This document shows positions 28,446 through 39,257 of a stretch of 64,000 nucleotides of DNA, in pieces; position 1 is the stretch's first letter, and every line of letters starts with the position of its first letter. Origin of the DNA: an uncultured delta proteobacterium (lineage in GTDB: Bacteria > Desulfobacterota > Desulfuromonadia > Desulfuromonadales > BM103); contig CAVQRZ010000019.1 of the NCBI GenBank assembly GCA_963715335.1, positions 32,001-96,000 on the forward strand, given 5' to 3'. The notes under the pieces were generated by a model. The model worked only from the letters and a program-made list of their open reading frames with translations. It was not told the origin of the DNA and did no database searches. The translations under genes were made by a program, and so were the position numbers.

Positions 28446-28894
28446 CAGAACTGCTTTCGGCTGTCAAGCAGCATGGTCACCGGTCCATCGTTGACCAGGC
28501 CGACTTTCATATCGGCTCTGAATATCCCGGTGGCAACATTGATTCCCCGCTGTCGCAGCGCTGCGACATATTCCTCATAAAGATTATCCGCGAGCTCAGG
28601 TCCTGCAGCATCGGTAAAGCCCGGTCTTCGCCCCTTGCGGCAGTCGCCGAGCAGGGTGAACTGCGAAACGACCAGGACACTGCCAGAAATATCTTCGACG
28701 GAACGGTTCATTTTCCCCTGGTCATCCTCGAAAATGCGCAGACCGGAAGTTTTTTCAGCCAGGTAAACAGCATCGATGGAGGTGTCTCCACGAGCCACAC
28801 CGAGCAGAACCATCAGGCCCCGACAGATCTCACCGACCGTCTTGCCGTCAACGAGAACGGACGCCTCGCTGACCCGCTGGATGACGGCCCTCAT
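28445..28894 (-). CDS. dtd: D-aminoacyl-tRNA deacylase
   Basis: [20 protein letters not shown]. Confidence 0.97.
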   Translation of the reverse strand: MRAVIQRVSEASVLVDGKTVGEICRGLMVLLGVARGDTSIDAVYLAEKTSGLRIFEDDQGKMNRSVEDISGSVLVVSQFTLLGDCRKGRRPGFTDAAGPELADNLYEEYVAALRQRGINVATGIFRADMKVGLVNDGPVTMLLDSRKQF

Positions 28895-29748
28895 CCTTTG
28901 TCTCCCGCCGCCAACTGCCGTAGCAGGGCCAGGTTGGCGCGATCCATCTCGCTATTATCGCCCTTGGGGGTCTCCAGGACCATGGGGACCCCGACAAAGC
29001 GCGGGTCCTGCATCAGGCAGGCGAAGCCGGCGCGGCCGATTGTCCCCTGGCATATATGGGCATGCCGGTCGACCTTGCTGCCGCAGGGTTTCAGACAGTC
29101 ATTGAGATGGAAAGCCCTGATCCTGTCGAGACCGACCAGGCGATCGAATTCGGTCATGACGCGTTCGTAACCCTCGGCGGTGGAGAGGTCGTATCCTGCT
29201 GTATGGGCATGGCAGGTATCAAAGCAGACCCCGAACCGCTGCTCGTCAAAGCCCTCCAGCAATGCTGCCAGATGGGCAAAGTCGCCACCGAGGTAGCTGC
29301 CCTGGCCGGCGGTGTTCTCCAGCAACAGTCTCACCTGCGGCGGAGATTCCGGCAAGATTTCACGAAACGCCTGGCGAATCCTCTTCAGGCCGACGTCTTC
29401 GCCGGTGCCCAGGTGCGCACCGGGGTGCATGACCAGGTCGGTAATGCCGAGCTGGTGGCAGCGATATATTTCATCGCGCAGGGCGGCTTTTGATTTTTCC
29501 CAGACCCCGACTTTGGGTGATGCCAGGTTGATCAGATAGGCATCGTGGACCATGACCGGGCCAATGCCGCTTTCCCGCCAGGCTTCGCGAAATGCAGCGG
29601 TGTCTGTCTCGGCAATCGGTTTGGCCTGCCAGCGGTTGGCGTTTTTGGTAAAAATCTGCAGAGCCGTGCAGCCGACATCGAGGCCATTGGCAAAGGCGTT
29701 TGCCAGACCACCGGCGATCGAGACGTGTGCGCCGAGTAAACGAGTCAT
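28891..29748 (-). CDS. nfo: Endonuclease IV
   Basis: [46 protein letters not shown]. Confidence 0.96.
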   Translation of the reverse strand: MTRLLGAHVSIAGGLANAFANGLDVGCTALQIFTKNANRWQAKPIAETDTAAFREAWRESGIGPVMVHDAYLINLASPKVGVWEKSKAALRDEIYRCHQLGITDLVMHPGAHLGTGEDVGLKRIRQAFREILPESPPQVRLLLENTAGQGSYLGGDFAHLAALLEGFDEQRFGVCFDTCHAHTAGYDLSTAEGYERVMTEFDRLVGLDRIRAFHLNDCLKPCGSKVDRHAHICQGTIGRAGFACLMQDPRFVGVPMVLETPKGDNSEMDRANLALLRQLAAGDKG

Positions 29749-30383
29749 GAAGCCTGACCCCAGAACCTCAGGCCGGTATTGACGTGCCGGGCACTGTCGA
29801 GATGAACGTCGACAAAATCCGGAGTTTGCCCGTCTCCGACCAGGATCGTGCCCATGCCGAGTTTTTTGGCCGTCTGCAGATTTTCACGTGAATCTTCGAT
29901 CATAATGCAACGTTCCGGCGGCGTACCGAGCTTTTCGAGTACGGCAAGGTATGGCTCGGGCCAAGGCTTTGGCAGGTACGCGGCGATGCGGATATCGTAA
30001 ACGGCCTCAAACATGTCCTCGATCCCCAACGCGGCAAGCACCCGGCCGGCATGACAGGTTGAGCCGTTGGTAAAGACCGCCTTGCGTTGGGGCAGGCTGG
30101 TCAGGGCGGCGCGCAGGACAGGGTCGGGACCCAGTCTGGAGTTGACATCGACATCGTGAACATAGAGCAGGTAATCCTCGGGGTCGACTCCGTGATGGCG
30201 GATCAGGCCCTGCAGGGTGACCCCGTACAGCCGCCAGTATTCGCGGCGCAGGGCATCGACCTGCGGTGCCGGGATGCCGACAATCTCGGTCATGTAGAGG
30301 TTGATGCGGACGTCGATCAGACCGAAAAGATGCTTCTCTGCGGGATAGAGGGTGTTGTCGAGATCGAAAATCAGAACGTCCAT
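29745..30383 (-). CDS. Pyrimidine 5'-nucleotidase (HAD superfamily)
   Basis: FDLDNTLYP, YGVTLQGL, FTNG, KP, IEDS. Confidence 0.9.
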   Translation of the reverse strand: MDVLIFDLDNTLYPAEKHLFGLIDVRINLYMTEIVGIPAPQVDALRREYWRLYGVTLQGLIRHHGVDPEDYLLYVHDVDVNSRLGPDPVLRAALTSLPQRKAVFTNGSTCHAGRVLAALGIEDMFEAVYDIRIAAYLPKPWPEPYLAVLEKLGTPPERCIMIEDSRENLQTAKKLGMGTILVGDGQTPDFVDVHLDSARHVNTGLRFWGQAS

Positions 30384-30441
30384 GGCGGTGCCGTTTGAAC
30401 CTTTATATCGTCAGGTGAGGCGAATTCGTTGTCGTTTAAGA

Positions 30442-30543
30442 ATTGAGTATCAAGTATTCAGTATTCAGAAGAAAAGTAGGATGTAGTGAATTCGGGAACT
30501 CATTCTGGATTCTTGGTCCTGAATTCTGGATTCCTGGTTCTCT
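30442..30543. repeat. Heptamer-periodic inverted repeat between dapF and the HAD gene
   Basis: Left arm ATTGAGT ATCAAGT ATTCAGT ATTCAGA; right arm ATTCTGG ATTCTTG GTCCTGA ATTCTGG ATTCCTG GTTCTCT; the arms are roughly reverse-complementary. Confidence 0.75.
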
Positions 30544-30544
30544 G

Positions 30545-31384
30545 TTATCTCGGAATATACTCTCCGCTGAAAACTTCCGCTGCCGGGCCGGTCATGAACA
30601 CATCGCCTTTGCCGTCCCATTCCATTTCCAGGTCGCCGCCGGTCAGGTGGTTGAGCAGTTGTCCCCTGGTGCGGCCGGTCAGGACGCCGGCAACGGTTAC
30701 GGCCGAGGCGCCGGTGCCACAGGCGAGGGTCTCCCCGGCACCGCGTTCCCAGGTCCGTTGGCGAACTTCGTTCGGTGTGATGACTTCGACGAATTCGACG
30801 TTGATGCGGCGGGGGAAGAGAGCGTGGTTTTCGATTGCGTAGCCGTATCTTCTCACCGGGAAGTCATCCAGGCTGTCGACAAATATAACACAGTGCGGGT
30901 TGCCCATCGACACGCAGGTGATCTGGAAGGTCCTGTCGAGGATTTCCAGTGGCAGGTTGATCACCTGCTCGTTGGCCGGGCCGACCATCGGCAGGGCTTC
31001 CCGGGTCAACCGCGGGCGGCCCATGTTGACCCGGACCTTGTCGATATGCTCGCGTTCGTTCGGATACATGGTCAGCGGCAGGTTGCCGGCGCCGGTCTCG
31101 ATCGTGATCTCCGTCCGGTCGACCAGACCATGGTCGAATGCATACTTGGCTACGCAACGGACGCCGTTGCCGCACATCTCCGCTTCACTGCCGTCCGCAT
31201 TGAAAATCCGCATCTTGACATCGGCCTGCCTGGATGGCTCGATCAGGATCATGCCGTCACCGCCGACACCGAAGTTCCGGTCACTGATCTCACGCGCCAG
31301 TTGCTCCGGGTCCTCGACAGTCTGTCGGAAGCAGTCAATATAAACGTAATCGTTGCCAGCCCCATGCATCTTGACGAATTTCAT
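30545..31384 (-). CDS. dapF: Diaminopimelate epimerase
   Basis: KMHGAGND, EMCGNG, SMGNPH, ERGAGETLACGTG. Confidence 0.97.
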   Translation of the reverse strand: MKFVKMHGAGNDYVYIDCFRQTVEDPEQLAREISDRNFGVGGDGMILIEPSRQADVKMRIFNADGSEAEMCGNGVRCVAKYAFDHGLVDRTEITIETGAGNLPLTMYPNEREHIDKVRVNMGRPRLTREALPMVGPANEQVINLPLEILDRTFQITCVSMGNPHCVIFVDSLDDFPVRRYGYAIENHALFPRRINVEFVEVITPNEVRQRTWERGAGETLACGTGASAVTVAGVLTGRTRGQLLNHLTGGDLEMEWDGKGDVFMTGPAAEVFSGEYIPR

Positions 31385-31543
31385 AGTCGCCCTCACCGTA
31401 GTTTTGCAACCTCAGTCTCTCATTATAAGGGGAAAGGTTTTCTGTCACAACCACGCATTGCCGATCTGGCATGCTCTGGTATGCTAATCAACAGGACTTT
31501 TCCCCGACGACATCGGTCGGGGAGGCAACCAAAGGAGAGAGAG

Positions 31544-31936
31544 ATGCCGCATCTTCAATTCGAATTCAATTTCGCTCCAGAGCGGACGGAGAAGGCCGCT
31601 TTTGCCAATGCCGTCCGCAATCATTTTGCCACGATCATGAATACCGGGACCGACCATATCGGCATTACCCTGCGCTGCTATCAACAGGAGGACCTGGTTT
31701 TTGGCCGGGCCGGAGATGGAACGATTGCTTTTCTGAACGCGGATATCCGTCTGGGGCGTACGGCCGATCAGAAACGTCGCCTGGCCCTGGCAATTCTGGA
31801 CGAGATCTGCCTTCGGTGGGGGCTGGCAAAGGAGAGCATCTATATTATCTACACCGAACACGATGGCCCGGACTTCCAGCTGAGTGATCGGGTCCTGCCC
31901 TCGTGGCAACCCGGTGAGGATCCGCTCAACGACTAG
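31544..31936 (+). CDS. Tautomerase/MIF superfamily protein
   Basis: Starts M-P (catalytic Pro1) after AAGGAG; IRLGRTADQKRRL. Confidence 0.85.
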   Translation: MPHLQFEFNFAPERTEKAAFANAVRNHFATIMNTGTDHIGITLRCYQQEDLVFGRAGDGTIAFLNADIRLGRTADQKRRLALAILDEICLRWGLAKESIYIIYTEHDGPDFQLSDRVLPSWQPGEDPLND

Positions 31937-32047
31937 TCCAGGACTCTCTGTCATCTATTTTAATCTTCTTCCGGCTTGCCAATTCGGCAACCCGGGCTGA
32001 TAATGAACAGGTGGCTGAGTGGCCTGATCTGTTATGAGGAGTTAGTT

Positions 32048-32272
32048 ATGGCTTTTAATCTGAAAACCAAGGTTTGGCAGACCGGTGCCCTGGAGTGGTG
32101 GGCGATGCTTGACAACGAGGACGTCTATCTGGGGAGTCGGGAGTTCCCTTTGCCACCGGAAGAAGGTGACAAGTGGCATGTGAAGAAGACCGGCGACATG
32201 TTCAAGATCATCGATGGTGAAATTCGTAAAGTTGGCAACAAGCCGATTACGGTCGAGCCATGGCTGGAGTAG
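32048..32272 (+). CDS. Small hypothetical protein
   Basis: MAFNLKTKVWQTGALEWW... after GAGGAG RBS; overlaps the next gene. Confidence 0.75.
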   Translation: MAFNLKTKVWQTGALEWWAMLDNEDVYLGSREFPLPPEEGDKWHVKKTGDMFKIIDGEIRKVGNKPITVEPWLE

Positions 32273-32883
32273 CCCCGGAAATTATCCAGATTCCGGTTGC
32301 GGGGACCGATAATTTTTCCTACCTGGTGATCTGTACGGAAACCGGCAAGGCTTTTGGGGTTGATCCGGGCATCTCGCCGGAGAGCATGTTGCGGATCGTC
32401 CGTGAGCGTAGCCTGGATCTGGAGGTTCTGGGTAACACCCATGGTCATAACGACCATGTCGCAGGCAACGCAGAGGTCTTAAGGACGACCGGCGCAAAGC
32501 TGGCAGCAAGCCCTATCGATGTGCCAGACCCGGATATCCCCTTGAAAGAGGGGAGTCAGATCCAGGTCGGCAAGGTAACGATCAATGTCCTGCACACGCC
32601 CGGGCACAGCCCCGGCGCGGTGGTCTTCAACCCGCCGGGAGCGCTGATTACCGGGGACACCCTTTTTGTCACGCGTTGCGGGCGGGCTGATTTCCGGAAC
32701 AGCGACCCGGCGGCGCTCTATCACAGCCTGCTGCGCCTGGCCGCCTTCCCGCCGGAAACAAAAGTGTTTCCCGGCCATGATTATGGACCGAAACCGAACT
32801 CGACGATCGCCTACGAGCGGGAACATAATGACTACATGAAATGCCCTGACCTGGAGAGTTTTATCAAGCTGAGGATGGGATAA
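32260..32883 (+). CDS. MBL-fold hydrolase (glyoxalase II-like)
   Basis: THGHNDH, HTPGHS, TGDTLF, PGHDY. Confidence 0.92.
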   Translation: MAGVAPEIIQIPVAGTDNFSYLVICTETGKAFGVDPGISPESMLRIVRERSLDLEVLGNTHGHNDHVAGNAEVLRTTGAKLAASPIDVPDPDIPLKEGSQIQVGKVTINVLHTPGHSPGAVVFNPPGALITGDTLFVTRCGRADFRNSDPAALYHSLLRLAAFPPETKVFPGHDYGPKPNSTIAYEREHNDYMKCPDLESFIKLRMG

Positions 32884-32926
32884 GACCAGCGCGGGACGGG
32901 ACGGGGTACGAGGAAAACATTAAATC

Positions 32927-32960
32927 AAAGCGAGAGCAGTATCATTCTGCTCTCGCTTTT
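32927..32960. terminator. Bidirectional intrinsic terminator
   Basis: AAAGCGAGAGCAG / CTGCTCTCGCTTT 13-bp stem between convergent genes. Confidence 0.8.
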
Positions 32961-32993
32961 CTGTTCAAGTGCGCTTTTGAGTGCGCGGCCTTA

Positions 32994-34430
32994 TCATTTC
33001 GGAACTGTCGGGCTGGAAGAATCCCAGCCTCCCCCCAGGGCCTTGATCAGAGAGACGCTTGCCTGGAAGCGTTGTTCCAGGACCTGGTTGGCCAGCAATT
33101 CGGTGGCCAGGGCGGTACGCTCGCTGACAACGACCTCGAGGTAGCTGACCATGCCGGCGCGGTAACGTTTCCCGGAAAGATCGGCAGCCTGACGCGCGGC
33201 ATCCAGGGCCCTTTGTTGGGCCTCCGCCTGTTCGGTCAGGATGCGGATATCGGAGAGGGCATCTTCAACCTCGCGGAAGGCAACCAGAACCTGTTGGCGG
33301 TAGAGCGCTACCGATTCCTGCCAGGTGGCTTCGGCCTGCGCCAATTGGGCCCGGTTGCGTCCGGCGTCAAAGATCGGCAGCGAAATGAAAGGACCCAGCG
33401 ACCACGTGTGGTTGTCCCATTCAAACAGGTTGGACAGCTCGTTGCTGGCATAGCCGGCGCTGCCGGTGAGACTGACAGCTGGGAAAAACGCCGCTTTGGC
33501 GATACCGATGCGGGCGTTGGCGGCCATCATGCGGCGTTCGGCTGCTGCGATGTCGGGACGGCGTTCCAGGAGTGTGGACGGAATTCCCGCGGCGACCTGG
33601 GGTGGTCGGGCCTCGAGATTCGGTGGGGGCAGCGGCAGCTTGAAGTTCGCTGCCGGCTCGCCGACCAGTACGGCCAGGGCGTGTTCCGTGGACACCCGCC
33701 GGCGCTTGAGAGCCGCCGTTTCGGCCTGGGCGTTGGCAAGTTCGGTTTCCGCGCGGGCGACGTCCAGGCGCCCGACCTGACCATTGTCGAAGAGACTGGT
33801 TACCAGCTGCAGGTTTTTGCGGCGCAACTCAACGGTCCGACGCAACAGATCGAGTTGGGCGTCAAGACTACGCAGGGTAAAATAATTGCGTGAGACATCA
33901 GACTGTAGTGTCAACAGGATGCTCTGCATCTCCGCCTTGCTCGCCTCATATTGTGCAGTGCCGGCCTCAACGGAGCGGCGCACGCGGCCCCACAGGTCAA
34001 TTTCATAACTTAAATCGAGAGGTGTTCGCAGAATCGTCGCGGTTCGTGCTTCGCCATCGTTGAGGTCGGCAGCGCTGCGCCCGCGCCATGCGCTGGGGTT
34101 GAGATCGAGCCGGGGATAGAGCGCGCTTTCACTGATGCGTGCTGCGGCCCTAGCCTGGCTGACTCTCGCTATCGCTGCCTGCAGGCTCTGGTTTGTAGCC
34201 TGGGCGCGTTGCTGCAATTCGTCCAGAACCGGATCGCCGTAAGCCTGCCACCAGGCTCCCTTATCCAGTTCATCGGCAGGTGCTGCTTCCTTCCAAGGGG
34301 CCTCCTCGCGGTAAGCGGCGGGGACGGTCACCTCGGGGCGTTGATAATCCGGTCCCATGGTGCACCCGGTCAGCCCGGCAACCAGAACTAAAGAAGTCAT
34401 CAGGGACAGAGTCCAGTCTTTTGCAGTCAT
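32994..34430 (-). CDS. RND efflux outer membrane factor lipoprotein (NodT/OprM family)
   Basis: Lipobox LTGC-TMGPDY, SYEIDLWGR, LLERRPDI, LIKALGGGW. Confidence 0.95.
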   Translation of the reverse strand: MTAKDWTLSLMTSLVLVAGLTGCTMGPDYQRPEVTVPAAYREEAPWKEAAPADELDKGAWWQAYGDPVLDELQQRAQATNQSLQAAIARVSQARAAARISESALYPRLDLNPSAWRGRSAADLNDGEARTATILRTPLDLSYEIDLWGRVRRSVEAGTAQYEASKAEMQSILLTLQSDVSRNYFTLRSLDAQLDLLRRTVELRRKNLQLVTSLFDNGQVGRLDVARAETELANAQAETAALKRRRVSTEHALAVLVGEPAANFKLPLPPPNLEARPPQVAAGIPSTLLERRPDIAAAERRMMAANARIGIAKAAFFPAVSLTGSAGYASNELSNLFEWDNHTWSLGPFISLPIFDAGRNRAQLAQAEATWQESVALYRQQVLVAFREVEDALSDIRILTEQAEAQQRALDAARQAADLSGKRYRAGMVSYLEVVVSERTALATELLANQVLEQRFQASVSLIKALGGGWDSSSPTVPK

Positions 34431-34453
34431 GGCAACAACCTTCTGTGTTTAGG

Positions 34454-37400
34454 TCAGATAGTGTGACCGGTCTGGGCCGGTGTCGCCGGCGTTTCTACGT
34501 GGTCATCATGTTTTTCACGGCGGCGGGCAATCAGCATGTAGGCCGTTGGCACGACAAACAGGGTCAGAATTGTGCCGAACGACATGCCGCCGACAATCAC
34601 CCAGCCGATTGCCTGGCGGCTCTCCGCCCCGGCGCCATGCGCCCAGGCCAAAGGCAGTGCCCCAAGCACCATTGCACCCGTGGTCATCAGGATCGGGCGC
34701 AGACGCAGGGTTGCTGATTCAATGACCGCTTCAAGCTTGTCTCGGTTTTGCTCACGCAGCTGGTTAGCAAATTCAACGATCAGAATACCATGTTTAGTGA
34801 TCAGGCCGATCAGGGTCACCAGGCCGATCTGGCTGTAGACGTTCAGGGTGTTGCCCGTTAGTTTCAGCGCGAGCAGTGCACCGGCAATACTGAGCGGCAC
34901 GGAGAACATGATAATAAGCGGGTCAATAAAACTTTCAAACTGCGCAGCCAACACCAGGTAGATGAATGCAAGGGCCAGCAGGAAGGTGATGTAGAGGCTG
35001 GCGCTGCTCTCCTTGAATTCCCGTGAGGGGCCATCATAATCGACCACTGCGGTTACCGGCAGGACTTCCGCGGCAATTTCCTCAAGCTTGCTCAAGCCTT
35101 CAGAGAGGGCATAACCCGGGGCCAGGCTGGCGGTGATTTTGGCGGCACGCAGCTGGTTGAAGTGATTCAACTCTTTAGGCGCCACGGTTTCCCTGACCGT
35201 GACCAGGTTGGCCAGCTGGATCATTTGGTCAGACTTCCCTCGCACATAGATCGATGCCAGGTCGTTGGGTGTCACACGATCGACGTCTGCAACCTGGACG
35301 ATAACGTCGTACTGTTTCCCCTCGCGTTTGAAGCGAGTGACCAGACGACCGCCCAGCATCGTTTCCATGGTGCGACCTATGGTCGCTACGTCAACCCCAA
35401 CATCCACCGCCTTGTCACGGTCTACATCGACCGAGAGCTGCGGCTTGATCAGTTTGAGATCGGTGTCCAGGTTGATAAAGCCCGGCCACTCACGAGCCTT
35501 GGCCATAACGGCATCGGTCATCTGCTGCAGCTCTTCGTAGGGAGCAGAGGTCTGGATGACGAACTGCACCGGTTTGGCCAGCGGGCTCTGCCCAAGCGGG
35601 GCGCGGTTGATCGGGAAGGCCATGATCCCGGGGATGCCGCCATACAGTTTCGGCTGGAGCTCCTTGACGATCTCCTGCTGCGTGCGGTCCCTTTTCTGCC
35701 AGTCGACAAGTCCGGCAAAGGAGATGACCTGCGAAATTGACGGTCGACCGGCGGCAACGAAGTAGCGTTCGATCTCCGGCGTGTCCTCATAAACCTTCTC
35801 CATCATGCGGGCATATCTGTCAGTGTAGGCAATGGTCGCCCCTTCCGGAGCAATGCCGACGCCGATAACGATGCCGCGATCCTCGGTGGGCGCCAGCTCC
35901 GATTTCAGGGACCCCAACAGAAACCAGGCTGCAGCGGCGACGATCACCGCCAGAGCGATGATGACGATTTTCACCCGCAGGAGCCGGCGCAACAGGCGCT
36001 GGTAACCATTCGTCAGCGCGACGAAGAAGGATTCGATGAGGTTATAGATGGCCATGTGCTGATCACGCTGCCTGAGCAGCTTTGAGCACATCATCGGCGA
36101 CAGGGTCAGGGCGACAAAGCCCGAGACCAGAACGGCCCCCGCCAGAGTCAGGGCAAACTCGGTGAAGAGCCTGCCGGTCCGTCCCTGCATAAACCCGATC
36201 GGTGCGTAAACAGCCGCCAGGGTTACGGTCATGGCGATGACAGCGAAAGCGATCTCGCGGCTCCCCTGGAATGCCGCCTGGCGGACAGGCACGCCATTTT
36301 CCACATGCCGGAAGATATTCTCCAGGACAACGATCGCGTCATCAACAACCAGGCCGATGGCGAGCACCATGGCCAGCAAAGTCAGGGTATTGATGGTAAA
36401 ACCGAACAGGTACAACAGTCCAAAGGCGCCAATCAGTGACACCGGGATGGTGACCAGGGGGATCAGGGTCGAGCGGAAACTGCGCAGGAACAAGAAGATC
36501 ACCAGGATGACAAGGAGGACGGCCTCACCGATCGTCTGGAAGACATTGCTGATTGAGCGATCGATGAAGATTGAGCTGTCATAGGCAACATCGACTTTCA
36601 TCCCTTCCGGCAGGCTGGCCTCGATGGCCGGGATAGTCTCTTTGACCGCCTTGGAAATATCAAGGGGGTTAGCTGTCCCTTGTTTGACCACGCCCATGGC
36701 AACAGCCGGTTTGCTCTTAAAACGGACGACGCTGCGCTCACTCTCGGCGCCAAGCTCGGTCCGTCCGACATCCTTGAGGCGTACAAGGTAGCCGCCGGCA
36801 TCCTTGAGAATCATTTCGTCGAACTCGGCCGGCGTGCGCAGGTCCGTCTCGGAAAGCACGGTGAATTCGCGTTCGGTCGATTCGATCCTCCCGGAGGGGA
36901 TCTCTACATTCTGTTTGCGCAACGCATTTTCAACGTCCTGCGAGGTCAGCCCGAACGCTGCCAGGCGAACCCGGTCGAGCCAGATGCGCATGGCGTATCG
37001 GCGCTCTCCGAGCAGCAGTACGTTGGCAACCCCCTGGATGTTTTGCAGGCGGTCCTTGACATACCGGTCGGCGTAGTCTGTTACTTCAAGAGGGGTGTGC
37101 TCGCTTGAAGAAAACGCCAGATAAATGATCGGTTGGGCATCCGCTTCCACCTTGCTGATCACCGGGTCGTCGATATCGCCAGGAAGCTTGCCGCGCACCC
37201 GGGCCACCCTGTCCCGCACATCGTTGGCCGATTCGTCGGGATCGCGTGAAAGCTTGAACTTGACGGTGATCTGACTATTTTCCGTGCGCGAAATCGACGT
37301 CATGACCTCGATTCCCTCAATTCCAGCCAGGCTTTCTTCGAGAGGCTGGGTGATCTGCGACTCAATGATTTCCGCGGTTGCTCCACGGTAGGTTGTCTCG

Positions 37401-37540
37401 ACGTTGACGACCGGCTCATCGATATTCGGATATTCACGAACGGTGAGGCGGTCATAGCTGATCAGGCCGACCAGAACCACGACCAGGCTCATCACGGTCG
37501 CGAGCACCGGGCGCTTGATGGAAAGATCAGAAAGTACCAT
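34454..37540 (-). CDS. RND efflux permease (AcrB/AcrD/AcrF family)
   Basis: SIKRPV start, AIGLVVDDAIVVLENI, GLITKHGILIVEFA, RLRPILMT. Confidence 0.96.
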   Translation of the reverse strand: MVLSDLSIKRPVLATVMSLVVVLVGLISYDRLTVREYPNIDEPVVNVETTYRGATAEIIESQITQPLEESLAGIEGIEVMTSISRTENSQITVKFKLSRDPDESANDVRDRVARVRGKLPGDIDDPVISKVEADAQPIIYLAFSSSEHTPLEVTDYADRYVKDRLQNIQGVANVLLLGERRYAMRIWLDRVRLAAFGLTSQDVENALRKQNVEIPSGRIESTEREFTVLSETDLRTPAEFDEMILKDAGGYLVRLKDVGRTELGAESERSVVRFKSKPAVAMGVVKQGTANPLDISKAVKETIPAIEASLPEGMKVDVAYDSSIFIDRSISNVFQTIGEAVLLVILVIFLFLRSFRSTLIPLVTIPVSLIGAFGLLYLFGFTINTLTLLAMVLAIGLVVDDAIVVLENIFRHVENGVPVRQAAFQGSREIAFAVIAMTVTLAAVYAPIGFMQGRTGRLFTEFALTLAGAVLVSGFVALTLSPMMCSKLLRQRDQHMAIYNLIESFFVALTNGYQRLLRRLLRVKIVIIALAVIVAAAAWFLLGSLKSELAPTEDRGIVIGVGIAPEGATIAYTDRYARMMEKVYEDTPEIERYFVAAGRPSISQVISFAGLVDWQKRDRTQQEIVKELQPKLYGGIPGIMAFPINRAPLGQSPLAKPVQFVIQTSAPYEELQQMTDAVMAKAREWPGFINLDTDLKLIKPQLSVDVDRDKAVDVGVDVATIGRTMETMLGGRLVTRFKREGKQYDVIVQVADVDRVTPNDLASIYVRGKSDQMIQLANLVTVRETVAPKELNHFNQLRAAKITASLAPGYALSEGLSKLEEIAAEVLPVTAVVDYDGPSREFKESSASLYITFLLALAFIYLVLAAQFESFIDPLIIMFSVPLSIAGALLALKLTGNTLNVYSQIGLVTLIGLITKHGILIVEFANQLREQNRDKLEAVIESATLRLRPILMTTGAMVLGALPLAWAHGAGAESRQAIGWVIVGGMSFGTILTLFVVPTAYMLIARRREKHDDHVETPATPAQTGHTI

Positions 37541-37544
37541 GGTG

Positions 37545-38618
37545 TTATTTCCCGTTACCTGCTGCGGCCTGTGTTGCCGGAAGTGCCGTGACCGGCATCC
37601 CGGGGCGAACCTTGATTTGGCCGGCTGTAATGATCGTCTCTCCCGGCTCCAGGCCCTTAGTAATCTCAACTTTGCCTTTGGTCCTCAGGCCGGTTTCCAC
37701 CACTGTTGCCTCGACCTTGCCGTCAACGACCTTGAAGACCTGTTGCCGGCCGCCACCTGGAATCAGAGCTTCCTCGGGAATCATCAGCGCATCCGGATGC
37801 TCTTCGAGAACCAGAGCGATGCGCGCGAACATGCCGGGACGTAGCGGGCCTTCTTCTTGCACCACCTTGGCTCGCACCATGACGCTTCGGCCGTTGACGT
37901 CGATCTGCGGATCGATGGCGAAAACTTTGCCGGTAAAGGTCCTCCCGGGAACGGCATCCACGTTCATGCGAATGGCCTGGTTGACGCGCAACTGGTGAGC
38001 AAAGACCTCCGGAACCCTGAAGTCGACCTTGATCGGGTCAATGTCGTCCAGGCTGACAATCGTTTCCCCGGGCTGCAGATACTCTCCTATGCTGACACGA
38101 CGCAAACCGAGCATCCCCGAGAAAGGCGCTTTGATCACGGTCTTTGCCAATTGTGCTTGCGTCAGCCGCAAGGTCGCTTCGTCAAGACGCCATTTTGCAT
38201 AGGCTTCGTCGCGTTCCCGCTCCGAGATGGCCTGCTCCTGGAGGAGCCGTTCGGCGCGTTTGATGTTGGTTTCACTCAAGTTGAGGTTCGCCTGGGCCCG
38301 ATCCTTTTCCGCGGTTAAAACCGACTGGTCGAGCTGCAGCATGACTTGCCCAGCAGTGACCTTTTCGCCGTCATCAAAGAACAGTTGCGTGACCTTCCCG
38401 GCGACCTCTGCGGTAATAACAACTGACTCGTTGGAGTAGAGAGTCCCCGTAGCACTCAACTCGTTACTCAAGGGAGAGGTCGAAGTTACAATGGTCTCAA
38501 CAGGCAGTCCCTGCGGCTTGGCTTGGGTTTGGTCGGCTTTTTTCTCTTCCGCACAGGCAGGGGCGAAGGTGAAAATGAGGCACAGGGTGACGGTTGTTGC
38601 GAGGGCAAGTTTATGCAT
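37545..38618 (-). CDS. RND efflux periplasmic adaptor (MFP)
   Basis: Lipoyl half-motifs VAGKV..L.F.DGEKV..GQ and IKAPFSG; LRPGMF. Confidence 0.94.
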   Translation of the reverse strand: MHKLALATTVTLCLIFTFAPACAEEKKADQTQAKPQGLPVETIVTSTSPLSNELSATGTLYSNESVVITAEVAGKVTQLFFDDGEKVTAGQVMLQLDQSVLTAEKDRAQANLNLSETNIKRAERLLQEQAISERERDEAYAKWRLDEATLRLTQAQLAKTVIKAPFSGMLGLRRVSIGEYLQPGETIVSLDDIDPIKVDFRVPEVFAHQLRVNQAIRMNVDAVPGRTFTGKVFAIDPQIDVNGRSVMVRAKVVQEEGPLRPGMFARIALVLEEHPDALMIPEEALIPGGGRQQVFKVVDGKVEATVVETGLRTKGKVEITKGLEPGETIITAGQIKVRPGMPVTALPATQAAAGNGK

Positions 38619-39255
38619 GGTGACGGCTCCCGATTCCTTGCAGGGAAAACTGCGTAATATGTTCAATGACATCTTCAATAAAAGGTCGGTTCTGTTCTTG
38701 GCTGTGAATGCCGTACAAAATGTCCCTGCTCCGGATGAAGTGCAGGACCTGGCCGGTGATGCTGCTGACGCAGAAGGAGGCGCGTTTATCGCCAAGCCCC
38801 GGGCTTGCCCTAAGGATCAGTTCCTTGAACGCCCGATTGATCGGTACCACCAGGCGTGAGGCGACCAGGTCGCCGGTGACGGCATCCGGGCCCATCTCGC
38901 GGTAGATGGTCTGCATGAGCCGGTCGCTGTCCGGTGGGGAGAGACGCGAGTCAAAAAAGCTGCGGATATATGCGCGTAAAATTTCCTCAAGCGTTGCCGG
39001 GGGCTGTTGCCTGTCGAGTCGTTCAAGCAGGCTGAGCTTGTCTGCGGTGATGCTGTCCAGAATGCGCACAAGGACTTCGCGGTACAGGCCGGTCTTGTCG
39101 CTGAAGTGATAGTTGACAGAGGCCACATTGGCGCCGCTTGCCCTGGTGATCTGACGAATGCTGACACCTTCGTAGCCATGGGCAAGGAAGAGCCTCTGTG
39201 CACATTCCAACAGGGCGGCTCTGGTGTCTTTATGGTTTAAGGGCTGCTTTTTCAT
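38611..39255 (-). CDS. TetR family regulator (CecR/YbiH-like)
   Basis: LFLAHGYEGVSIRQI...NVASVNYHFSDK HTH; heads the efflux operon. Confidence 0.92.
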   Translation of the reverse strand: MKKQPLNHKDTRAALLECAQRLFLAHGYEGVSIRQITRASGANVASVNYHFSDKTGLYREVLVRILDSITADKLSLLERLDRQQPPATLEEILRAYIRSFFDSRLSPPDSDRLMQTIYREMGPDAVTGDLVASRLVVPINRAFKELILRASPGLGDKRASFCVSSITGQVLHFIRSRDILYGIHSQEQNRPFIEDVIEHITQFSLQGIGSRHHA

Positions 39256-39257
39256 GT

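Noticed and set aside
30442..30543. CRISPR-like array
   Set aside because: Units are 7 bp with no spacers and no cas genes; no CRISPR array seen anywhere in the window
30443..31543. N-terminal 367 aa of the 497-aa ORF 30443..31936
   Set aside because: Antisense to dapF; only the part from ATG 31544 (Pro1 tautomerase with RBS) is credible
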